From Podarcis gaigeae (lineage: Eukaryota): DNA of 64,000 nucleotides. Below, piece after piece: positions 49,801 to 61,790 of the stretch. A program made the translations under genes and the position numbers. The stretch is from assembly GCA_964106915.2 (NCBI GenBank), contig OZ066922.1, one strand, 5' to 3'. The stretch's first letter is position 1. Every line of letters starts with the position of its first letter. The notes under the pieces are model-generated. The model ran no database searches, was not told the origin of the DNA, and worked only from the letters and a program-made list of their open reading frames with translations.

Positions 49801-52104
49801 CACATTGATCACTGAGCTGCATTCCACTCGCTGTAAAGGTGGAATACAGCAAGATGCATATACCCCAAAAAAGAGAAAGAAAAAAGTATACCCTCTGAAC
49901 AGTGAATGGTAATTCCACTTGAACCTTACAGTGCTATTTTTCTAGAAAAATAGGTTCCAGAACTTACCACGAATACCTCCCTTGTTGTCTTATAATGACA
50001 ATAGTGCCCACCTGAGAGGTGCTGGAACTGTTCTGGTGAATTCCATCTGGGAAAAAAAAAGACAAGGGTACATTTGGTAATATTAGGAACTGGGATGTAT
50101 AAAAGCATCCAAAAACTTAACATAGCCTGCATAGGCTCCAGGCTCTAACTTTATTTCTTTTCTTTTTAAAATTAAGTCTCTCTAGTCTTACTAGTAAGAA
50201 AGCTGTGAAGCAGGATGTGCAAGTGATCTTTCTGAAATGAGCCAACTGAGCTGCTCCTGCCTTCCAGTGCTTTTAAGCAAGGGGAGAAGTCGGAGATGTG
50301 ATTGATAAGTGCACTGTTTGGACGCCAGGTGAAAGGGATCCCTGTCCTAAAGAGCTGTGGTTTTCCTTTCTAGGTTACTTTTCTTGCTTCTGCTTCCTTT
50401 TCTAGTCCTTGTAATGCATGGAGTCATCGCCCCACCCCCTCACCAGCAACCAGGATGGATCTTTTCCATGGTCTGAAGAACTCTCTGTAAGTTATTTTCT
50501 GCTAATGCTACTACTTTACATAATAAGTGCAGGTGCAGGTTTAAAATCCCACATCCCAAATAAAATGGCAAATACAAAATGTGAAAACTTTGGAAAGAAC
50601 TTTAGGCATACTTCTTGCTGTGCAGATGCTAAAAACCAGGCACTTAGTAAGAATTTACTATATACATGTCTAGTCAGAAATAGGTCTCTTTGCATTTAAT
50701 AGTGCTTACTTCAGATAAGTGGCTATAGGGTGGTAGCCTCTCAGCTTTGTTTTAGGGTTGGCACTGGGGAAAAGTAGAGTTCTTGTGCCTTTAGCAGCTC
50801 TGTACAAGGCAGAAATTCAAAAGGCTATGACTTTTCCAGTATGGAAATGCAATAATGTGAAAGGTTTTACCTGTCTCTCAGGCATTTTGTTATATGTCTG
50901 CCCACTAGTTTATTTTAGAACCCTTCACTCCACTTGCAAAGGATGACACAAATCTGCATGTGACGCAAAGCATATTTGCAATGAAAAACTGTGTCCTCTT
51001 TTGCAAGTTGGCCCAATACACATCTTGGGTCCACAAAATCCTGTTGGCACCCCTTGTGGAAAGTGCCATCATATGATGCTCAGCAAGTTAAAGACAGAGC
51101 AAGAAAGAAAATTTACGCACAAAGAGATGAGAGAATAAGAGACCTGTTTTGAAGAATTTAACTAGATTAAAAAAAAGTCTGTGAACATTTGAAAGACTAA
51201 TGAATGACAAAGACAGTTCATTGCAGATAAATGTTGAGCCACAGTGACTTTGATGAGTCTTTATAGCACAATTGTGCATGTATTATTTAAAAAGGGAAGA
51301 ATGAAAAGGGGGGAGAGTCAAAGGGGGGAAATCTATGTCATTGATGTAAGAACAGAAAGTCAACATACATGGAAGGGTAATGACTATAAGGGACCCTTGA
51401 TGGCAAATGTCTGTGTGGTTTCTAAAAGACGAAATGAAAGAGAAAGAGCTTAAAAGATAGAAAAGATGGAGTCTCCGTGTGCCATAAAGTAGAATCACAG
51501 CAATGTTTTGTTAAAAAGGGGGGGGGGATTAGTGAAGAATGAATAACTCATACCAGCACAAAAGTAGCCTTTATCAAAAAAAGAAAAGGAAAAGGAAAGG
51601 AAAAAGATTACCACTTAGTCACCACTAAATGCTCCTTTTCTACAATGTTGGTGGAAAAGTAGTAGTGGTGTTATACCTCAAACTGACCTAATCCTTGCTC
51701 CATGTATACATTACTAAATAAAGTTGACATTGATGAGAAGAGTGTCATGCAGACAGCAGAGAAAAACAGACGGCAGAGATGAAATTTAAAAGGTGGCCAG
51801 AGAAAGGCGATAAAGCTGGTGATATCAATATTCGTAACACAGCCACCTTTTGAAAACAGGCCAGCTAGTCCTTGAATCTGCAGGGACAAGATGAGTAGGA
51901 GAGTCTCATGGGACTTCTTGTGATAAGGGAACTAATAGTGTTCATAATTTGGAAACGTGTGTCGAGTCACAATATTTTAATTATTGTAATAATTGCAAAC
52001 AGTGTTTGAAAGCAGGTCACTAATGCCTAACGTTAATTATAAACTCCTATAAACCCTCATTATCCTACGTGCAATTTTAACCATCAGAGTGGTTAGAAAA
52101 AACA

Positions 52105-52295
52105 AATGACATGAAGGCCCCATCGGCATTATACATTAAAAGCAGCCTCGTGTCATGGATCCCACCGCCCCCAAATCCTGGGGATGGTGGTTTGCTAAAG
52201 ATGCTTGTTCAGAGACCTCTATTCCTCTCACAGAGATACAATTCTCAGAGTGGCTTAACAGATAGTTCCTTTTGTCAGGGAACTCTGAGTATTGT
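52105..52295. mobile_element. Squamate MITE-like repeat with internal inverted repeat
   Basis: cagagatacaattctcagagt...actctgagtattgtagctctg forms an inverted repeat. Confidence 0.55.
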
Positions 52296-54844
52296 AGCTC
52301 TGTAAGGAGAAAGGGGGGGGGGATAAAAGATGTACCAAGGAAATCTTCATTCATTTTGTGGGGCATCAAGAAGGGAGTACATCTTAAGACTGCCTTGGCA
52401 GCTCGGCAGCATTCCCTGTCTTATGGCACTACATTGTGAGCACAGGCAATAGGCTACCAGAGTGAAGCACTGAAAGACTGGACGAGTCACCAGTCCAGGC
52501 AAATCCATAGCCTGACCTCTGGCACAATGTGGGAAAATAAAGAACAATGTCTCATGTTGCACAGACAGCCAGGTAGTATTCCTTGGCTTCCTTTGCAGTG
52601 TAGCATGGCAGAACAGGGAGCATTGCCTAGTTATTTAAGCAAGAGATCTCTGTGAGTTAGCAATGGTATTCACAGAAATTTGAATTCTCAAGCACCCCTA
52701 GGCTAGCAGCCATTCAGTGCCATTTTCAGCTACAATGGAAACATGTAAATCCCTTGTGAGACAGAGCCAAGTAAAGAAAAATATATTATAGCCTTCATAT
52801 TAGCACACCTGAAAATTAATTTTAGGTGGTAGCTAGGCATGCTTTGCTGACTACCATTCAGAGACCACTGAGGTTGTCTGTGAAATTTAGATAACAGCCA
52901 TCATAGATAACAGACTTGCCATTGCTGGACTGATCCCTGTTCCACTAAGAAAGCAAAGTGAGACATGATCTTGATTTTGCTCTGGTTTGTTGACTCTCTT
53001 CAGTGCTGTTCAATCTGTACATCATGATCATCCTTGGGAAATGTAAAGAAATCATAAATTAAAGTGACATTCTTCTTCATCCAGGAGCTAGTAGAAAGTG
53101 CCCAGCATTGCTTAGGAATTCTAAGAAACCAAAAGAACCAGTGCGCCAGTATAGTTTTGAAAGGTTCAGTCTACCATCTTGATTCAAAATTGTGCCCAGT
53201 TGTATCCAAACATAGACAAAAACCTGCTCCTTGATCTCAGGAACCATAAAGCAAATTTTAGTCACAGGATTTTAAGAGGTGTCCAAATGTGCACAGGGGA
53301 ATTCAAGTTTTACTCAGGATAGACCCATTAAAAATAATGGCCATAACATAATAAATTTCAGTGAGTCTATTCTGTGTAAGACTTAGCTGAAATCCACCCA
53401 AAGAGAGCAAACAACTTTTCAGAATACAGCATATTGTAGACAGCTGGATATATAGAAAAGCCAATTGCCATATTAATATCGGTAATATTTCAAATATTGA
53501 TGAACAATCATAAATAAATTCCTGTGAGTCTTAATTTTTAAAGGATTTATGTATTTTTTTTTATTCTTTATGAATTTAAAAAGGAGATTGCCAAGAATGT
53601 TGAAAACTACATTTTGAGTGTGCTGCGGCAGATGCCATGCCTGGTTTGGGATCAGGAGTCTTTCAGCTATGTGTCCAATGCGCCCTTAGGCAAGCAATAT
53701 TTTGGATATGTTAGGCAGATTTCCTTTGCACCCACAAGGCTTATGCAATTTGTTGTCGTCTGCTGGGAATTAGAGGCCCAAGCTGTAGGCAGAGGCCTGG
53801 GGAACTAATGATGGCTCCCTGCAACCTTGTTGAAGACAAACAATTCACAACGAAAATGTTTCAAAGCCACCTAACCTCCAATTGCATTTAAACTTTGGCC
53901 CTTTTTAAATTTTTTGAGCCTGGGCCAGGTGTCTTGGAAAATAAAACGGGGTGTCCTCTGTATTCCTTCTTCTAGCCCCTAAAAAATTACTAGGTCTCTA
54001 CATATTTAACTTGCCCCTAGGTATTCCTCATATTCTTTGGTGCCAAAATTTTAATGATATCAGTATTGGTGCCAATTTTTTTTTTAATACCAGCTGCACT
54101 GGATTAATTATCTGATTTACTCAAATGTCTGTTTCTGCAATAATTATTGCCTTTGAGGATGTAACAGACTGCTGTGGGCAGACTGCAATGCTAAATCTTC
54201 TGTCTGTAGAGCTAGGAGAGTCCCCCCCCCCTTCACACACACACCGTTTGTTGCATTCTCATTTTTGGATGGTTTCTGTCTAGAGGGCTCCTATGCTTGC
54301 CCACACAGTTCTGTCTCATTTTTTTGTTTTTTTGTTTTATCTCTGGATAGCTTCCTCTGATTTATTTGCCACTAATTCCATTTTAAAAGCTTCCTTATGG
54401 TCAAGAGACTCCGACTTAACTTTATTTTAGATCAGTTAGTGGTTTAAAATGATATATCTATTTGTGACTCATGTTCAGGAGTTAGTTCCCTTTGTGTTCA
54501 GCTCTATCAGATAAAAAATTACAAAGAGTCAGGACAGCTTCTGTCTATCCAACTTGTAGGAGCTTTTTGGCTGTTTGAAAATAGCAGCAACCATACTGAC
54601 AATACAGGGGAGGTCCCAACAGAAATAGTCTACTTGTGTTTTCAGTCATTTAGTTTCTGACCAAATACACTTCAGGAAATTCACCAAACATTGAATAATG
54701 TTCCAGATTTAATTTTTTTTTTTTAATGTTCAAGGCAGAAAACAACATTTTGGAGTGGGAACCTGGACATTACTGGTGGTATAGCAGTAAAACTGCTAAC
54801 ACATTTGCAAAGCTAAGCAGGGTCAAGGTATGGTTTCAATGTGC

Positions 54845-54923
54845 TGAGATTGCCTCATTGCAAGAGGTTGAAGTGGATGACACTTGGGGTCCCTTTCAAC
54901 TCTACAATTCTATTATTCAATGA
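54845..54923 (+). mobile_element. CR1-type 3' terminus (diverged)
   Basis: cattgcaagaggttgaagtggatgacacttggggtccctttcaactctacaattctattattcaatga. Confidence 0.7.
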
Positions 54924-57148
54924 GAAGAAAGACGGAAAGATGTTCACACAAGGATCTGTGCTTTTTCACTCATTCATAAATTATATAAATACAGTAATGA
55001 AAGAGTGAAGTAGTCATATTAGCAGATGATACATTATGTACCATGATGATACATTATGTACCAATGTACTATATGGCATTGCCATTGGCACTCAAAGGCT
55101 GTCCCACCAATAATAGACAATACTAAGGTGCAAACCAGTAGTGAGGGAAGTCACAGGGGGACTGGCAACAATGACCTGCTTGTGAACCACTCTGAAGTAT
55201 CTGTTTGACCAGCTTTAGTTGAACACAGTGCTGAGCTAGAGTGATCATTGGTGCCTACCATGGCAATTCATGCATTAGTGACAAAACAGCTGAAACCTGA
55301 GGCTCTGGGTGTGGCCATATTTGTTTCTAAGGTTTGCTACACTCGAGGAACAGAGTTTCTTATCCTCTGTATCATTTTTTAATCATTGGCTATGATTCTA
55401 AGCACAAGCACAGATACTTGGAAGTAAGTTCAGCTCAAATCAATGGGGTCTGTACTTCAAAGTGAATGCATTTAGGACTGATGGAGCAGTTCTTCCACTT
55501 TCTGTGAAAGGTTATCCTTTATCTGAGTGTCTCTTTCCACATCACAGTGCACTGAAGTCTAAATGCGAGTCACTCCTGTGCTACAAAAAAGAAGAAGTAT
55601 GTCTACAGCTGAATCAGGAACCGCACAGGAATACAGGTGCATTATTCCTGCTTCATGGACCAGGGTTTAACTTCAAACTGAACTGAAATTATTCAGAATT
55701 TTTTTTTCTGACAAACGTTTGATTTTTTTCTGCCTTTGAAGTTCCTCCAGAACTTGGGAAAATCTCAGTCCTCCTCTGGGGAATATTCAGAGAAATGGCC
55801 TTCCCAAGCCACCATCCATGATTTGGGGGAATGATTATGGATTCAAGTTGTAATATTTAACAATTAACAATTAACAATATATGTTAATATATATTAACAT
55901 AGTCAAAGGACGCACTGGAATTGTCTCCTGCACTTTCTGATCACTTCCTTCTCTCAGCACATTGCTGCAATCATCCACCAATATAAACTATCAGTCCAGT
56001 TTCATTCCACATTTAGTGAGCCAACATTTTTTAAAAAACAGATTTTTCCTCCTTTTTTTTTAAGCTCTGACCTCACTATTTGGCTAAAAACAGTGAATGA
56101 CAGGAGCAGCCAAGTGGGCTTATTTCACATAAATGGCTTTCAAGGGTACCTACACATTTTTCTTCATAGCTTTCTTTCTAAGAAGACTAGAGATGTAGTT
56201 ATTTAATGAAAGCACAATGCATGGGACAACGGCTATGATCTGTAACCCCTGTACCATTCTCTACACAGGCCTGCGTCCTTATCTATTGTGAAATAAACAG
56301 AGGCCTTGTGCTGCTCCACCTAATACTATCTCCTATGAGAGCTGCATACCTGATGTAACAATATACTGCACCTAGAAACACAGAACAGCTCTGATGACCC
56401 TTTGGATACATTAACTGAGACCCTGGTGGCCTGAAACACCCACCCTCATAACTGATAGATCTTATGTATTACTGTTCCATGTTGCAGGGGTGGGAATTGG
56501 ATGGTAAAGCAGGAAACCTGCATCCAGCGAATCATGCATGCTATTTGTTAATCACAGCAAGGCATGCACAGTATATATGATTAATAGCAACATTGCACCA
56601 AAATGGATTAAGCCACACTGCATTATTCTTTGGTTGAGCACAGAGCCTTATTTAACCATCCTGATGGATGAACAGATGTGTAGTCAAAATGTCTATTGCA
56701 GTCATTAATTTGTTATCTATTCCTTGCTTTCCATTATCTCTATTTCCCTTGCTTTCAAGTATTTCTAGTTTCAAGCTAATTAATTGTGCAAAAGAACCAG
56801 AGGCTAAAACAAACACAGGTCACACTATGCAATTGTTTGATAATACTCAGTCCCTTTCTTTCTACTTTATTAACGGTTTGTAGAAGGCATATATTCACTA
56901 CAACCTCGCATAGATTTTTTTTTTAAAGAAAATACCAGATGCACTGCTGTGGCTTTCTCCAAGTAATCTGAGGAATTATTGATGACAGGACTGGTAATTG
57001 TTTTGACAGAGATCTCTAGCCTGCCCTCTTTTCCAAAAATCTCCCTTGGGGAAATGAGTTACTGTTAATCCCATTTACATCCATAGTAGATACATCCAGA
57101 TGTAAAGAACTACTTTATTAGGCATACACTTTGCTATGTCTACATTAA

Positions 57149-57292
57149 TAGAATCATTGAATCTTAGAATTGCAGAGTTGGAAGTGATCCTGAGGATCAT
57201 CTTGTCCAACCCCCTGCAATGCAGAAATATGCAACTGTTCCATAAGGGACTCAAACCTGTGACCTTGGTGTTATCAGCGCCATGCTCTTCCA
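57149..57292 (-). mobile_element. tRNA-Ile-derived SINE with CR1-like tail (POM-SINE-like)
   Basis: Minus strand agagcatggcgctgataacaccaaggtcacaggtttgagtccc resembles tRNA-Ile; followed by gggttggacaagatgatcctcagg...ttccaactctgcaattctaagattcaatgattcta. Confidence 0.75.
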
Positions 57293-58466
57293 TATTAGGT
57301 CCTTATTGGGTACTTCCTTGTAACCTGACTCATTGTTAGATCAGCAAAAAATCACTACCGATTTTTAAAATCAGTTATTAAAATATATATTATTAGCCGG
57401 GGCAAAAACTTTGACAAGGAATATGTTATTAAGCAGTGTCTACTGCTTAAATGGAAGCTAAAGCTCGAGCAAATTTGAACCTTGGGGGACACATTGCTAG
57501 GTTTTTCCAAGAAAAGTAATTAACTAATTCAATGGGTCTGCTCAATTTCATTCTAGATTAAGATGTGGTCTCTCCTTTAAAAGAAAAAGAAAAAACCTAA
57601 AAGCATAGAATTTTGAGCAGGATTCCATTTTTCATGATACTACAATACATCAGATTAGCAAATGCCCAATTTTCACATTATGTTTAAACATGAACCATAC
57701 AATTATGTTACATTAATTGTGCCTGCTTAAGATGTTTTTTGAATGTGTCTGTGTGGAGGATTCTTCAGACGGTAAAAATGGTTCTTTAGCAAGCTCAAGA
57801 AACCATTTGAAAAATGGGAATCATGCTGGCATAGGGAATACAATCTCTCACCATGCCAGGATGCATTTAGCCCTGTTAATTTGATTAAAATTGTGTATAT
57901 TGTGGTTTCAAAAGAAAGGAATTCTAAGTCAGCCTTCCCTAGCTTGGTCCTTTCAGATATTTTGGATTATAACACTCTTCAGCCCTATCCAACATGGCTG
58001 AGGATGCTCTGGACTGGGAGTGAAGGACCTCAAACCCAGGGATTGAATCTGTCTCTTGGGACTTGCCCCAAGGCATCACACCCACTGTCCCTACTTGGCA
58101 TTGAGTGTTTTTACCTGGTGAAATGCATTATCAAACTCAAATAATGCCTCTTGCTTTCATGGATGGAGGACAGAGAGATCCCTGTGGAAAATATAAAATA
58201 GCCTACCGTACAAAAGTAAGGTAGTGGCCCACTTTAGCTTCTGATCCTGCCCACCCCTCTGTCATGTGATTCCTGGAAAGATACACAGTAAGAAATGTAA
58301 CTTTCAGGATAAAAATAAAAAAGGTTCATCACCCCTGGTCTAGAACTACATACCAAGTTGCCAACCTGTAAGAATAACCTTGGCTACCTTGTTTACAAGT
58401 GAAAAATGATTTCATTGGGATTGTAACATGGGGAGGGGTGAGTAGAGAGCCCTTTCTAGCACTGCT

Positions 58467-58694
58467 GAGAGCCAGTATGGTGTAGTGGTTAAGAGCGGTA
58501 GACTCGTAATCTGGGGAACCGGGTTCGCGTCTCTGCTCCTCCACATGCAGCTGCTGTGCTAGTCACACTTCTTTGAAGTCTCTCAGCTCCACTTTGTTGT
58601 GGGGGAAGAAGGGAAAGGAGAATGTTAGCTGCTTTGAGACTCCTTCGGGTAGTGATAAAGCAGGATATCAAATCCAAACTCTTCTTCTTCTTCT
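58467..58694 (+). mobile_element. Squam3-like tRNA-derived SINE with (CTT)n tail, internally deleted
   Basis: gagagccagtatggtgtagtggttaagagc (A box), gggttcgcgtc (B box), 3' gagactccttcgggtagtgataaagcaggatatcaaatccaaact(ctt)n. Confidence 0.85.
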
Positions 58695-59252
58695 CTCTGA
58701 ATTGCCCTTCCAGCTGATCTGGAAGTAGAGAGCGATAGATATATATATATATGAATGGGATCACACATTTAATGTAATGTGTGGTTTAGCTCTCAGCTGT
58801 ATGGTTCAAGAATTAATTTCCTGATGTTTCCAATTAAGTAAAATGGGTTTAAAAACAAAAACAAAAACAAAACACATTTCACAACAGGGCTGATGCTACC
58901 ACCAGTAGCGAACAACTAGATTAGTCAGTTAGCCTTATATTCAGAGTATTTTGATATGCCCTATGATGGAATCATAACCCTCTTAAAGGAGCTTATATTT
59001 GGTTTTTAGTTTAAATGTTTTTATTTTTGAACAATAAAAAGTAACACAACACAACACTATAATTAAGGCTGCAGTAAACACTCGCTTACTTGGGAGGAAG
59101 CCCCACTCAGAGGGACTTCCTTCTAAATGGACAAGCATTGGATTGCCCTGTAAAGGAGAACAAAGCAGAAGGTCTTGAATTTTTATTACTCCTAAAATAT
59201 AGGTAGTGAAATATAACTTCACAGGCTTATATATAATACTAATGGCTGTTTG

Positions 59253-59840
59253 TATCATACAGTGGCAGACTGAGGATGTCACTGAGGGGTGGTTTGCAAA
59301 GGACTATGGGGAGGGCTCCAGCAGACTGGGGAGGTTGCTGCCTGCTCCAGGGGAATGTAATGTTGAGGATCCTGGGAACGGTCCAAGTGAGGGAGATGTT
59401 CCTCTACACTGGGTCTAGCACTGCTGTGCATGAGAGGGATGCTTTGCCTGTCCCATCAGCCTCACAGGACACTTTCCCTGTCACCTATGTCCCAGAGATG
59501 CCAATGGAGGCATGAACAGGTGGATTAGGTTCAATACTTCCAGGCAGAGTATTAGCTTGCTTGCTAAGGAACAGAACCACTTGCCCTGCTAACTCGTGTC
59601 CACCTCATTCCTTTATAACAGGATTGCTAGGGTAGTACCATTGTTGTATCCATGTATTTGCTTGAGTAGTTATATCGCTTATGGTGTCTTTGTAACTGTG
59701 TGTTTGAGTAGGTATGCGTATTGCCTGCTGTACCTTTCAATAGCCTTTTCAGATATGTATCACAGTGACTTGAACATTAAAGCTTTTGGGGGGGGGGGAA
59801 ACACTGAGTCTGTGTTAATCAGCGACTTGGAGTCAGGACA
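59253..59840 (+). mobile_element. Solo LTR with 5-bp TSD
   Basis: Flanked by GTTTG at 59248-59252 and 59841-59845; starts TATCA (inferred mutated TGTCA) and ends GGACA; TATA-like tttataa near 59612 and ATTAAA near 59776. Confidence 0.65.
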
Positions 59841-60049
59841 GTTTGTTGTATTTCTTTGGAGCTTGACCACAAACAATAAAGTTTCATTGCTAATATGTAA
59901 CTTCTGATGCAGTGGTTCCACCGTAAGAATGATGTGGTAGGATACCACCCATTGTAGCATCTATGTAGCATCTAGTTTGGTTCTAAGATATGTAATCAGG
60001 GAGTAGTCCTCATGATGAGTCTGTTAGCCTCTGCAATGCTGCTAATTTG

Positions 60050-61790
60050 TTTTTGAGAACCCAGAGCATTATACCGGTATGCATTTCAAGGATTTAGGTT
60101 CTATAATCTGGCAAGCAAAATCTTCCAAGAGAAGGACATTCCTATTTATGGAAAATCTATACAGATATTTCTTGGTTGAGCCTACTGGATCCAGTCATCT
60201 AAATATTCTGCTCAAATTCTATGCTTGATCTTTATCCTCTGTTCTGGAAGTACTGCAAGTCCCCACGACAACATTTTATCTTGAAATTACTTTCTACTTT
60301 ACATGCAATTTTCAAAACAATGTACAATCTTCAGCCTTTGTCTTTATAATGTCAGATCTGGTCATTCGTTTCCAATGCATGCTCTTTCTAAAACTCTAGA
60401 AGAATTTAAAGATTTGATTATCATTGTGTTCTTTACAAGTTTTTAGTTTAATCACTGCCTATTTATGTTTGAAATGCCTACTCCCCTTTATTTCCCTGAA
60501 CACCCAATTTAGATGTTCAGGCACTGAGAAGTTTCCGACATGAAATAAATGATTCCATTTAATCTCTCATGTCTTTTTCTCCAAGAAGTCAAACAGTGAT
60601 GGTGAACACTGGATTCTTGATTAAAGGGTATTTAAATAGGGGGGAAAACGATAGAAGGAAATTATCTGACTTCATCCAAAAAGCAAGGACATTTCAATGC
60701 TAAATTTGTTAATATATTTTTCATGCCCTTGTTTTGCACCCGCCATTTATGCTGTTCATCAAAAACTGATTTACAAATTCACTCATATTTAAAAGGTATA
60801 AGTGTACCCTCAATTAACTATGAACAATAAGAATGTATAGGCCCAATGCCTATGTTTAAAATATAACAACCCTTGACATAACATGCATATCCTTCTCTCT
60901 ATATATTTTTCAGGATATTCTACTAATATTGATTGAGCAGTAATATCAGATCCCTTGGATCCAGTCCACATTTTGCTGATTTTTTTACATCAATGACCTA
61001 GGTGACTACCAAGTCAATGTCTACCCTTGTTTCCTAATTACTGTTGGCAGCTACGCCACAGTTAGTGTGGGGGGTGGGAAGGGAATAATTCATCCCTCCT
61101 TGCTCCATTTGATGGTTTTGAATACTGTGATTTGCTCATTGTTGAGAAGTATACACTGTGGGCAGAGCTGAGATAAAGACCTCTCTGTTTCCTTGAGATC
61201 CATGCACTAAATATTCCAGAGATCTTGAATATTCCAGAGATCTCAGCAGCAATGTCTCCTTCTGAATATAAAACAATATATGCATGTTAAAGCCCCTAAT
61301 GGAGCTTTGCCAATTGAATCCCACCCCCCACCCCGGTATATCTCAGATATATTATTTCCAATGGATTGCTTCTAAAGTTTTGGATATTCTTATTGCGTCT
61401 TTGGGTTGTTTACATCAATACTTGGAGTTTATAATTGGGGTTGAATGGGGGCTGTTATATATTTTAATACTCTTGTGGTGTTGGATTTCTCAGCAATGCT
61501 GTTTCTTTTTTAAAAATGGAAGGTATGTGTATTTAAACTAGATATAAAAATAATTGTTTCAGTCCCTGACAAAGCTTTGCAGCTGGTTTTGTAGCTCACC
61601 CGGCCAACTTGCTTTATTTACATATGACACTGATGTTATTCTCTTTTTTGTAGCTTTTGTATGGTGATTATTTCATAAATAGACTCTAATTGTTTTATTT
61701 TGTTACTGTCCACATTTATGCTGTGCTATGCTATGATGATTATTATTTAATTATGAACTTTTTTAAAGAACAATAACAAAAAATGAATGA
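60050..61790 (+). mobile_element. Highly decayed L1 ORF2 C-terminal half and 3' UTR
   Basis: Faint ordered motifs across frameshifts: FRFYNLAS (near 60093), W..KG (near 60610), YP...CW (near 61020-61050), FW-like (near 61115), then a T-rich UTR ending caataacaaaaaa. Confidence 0.4.
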
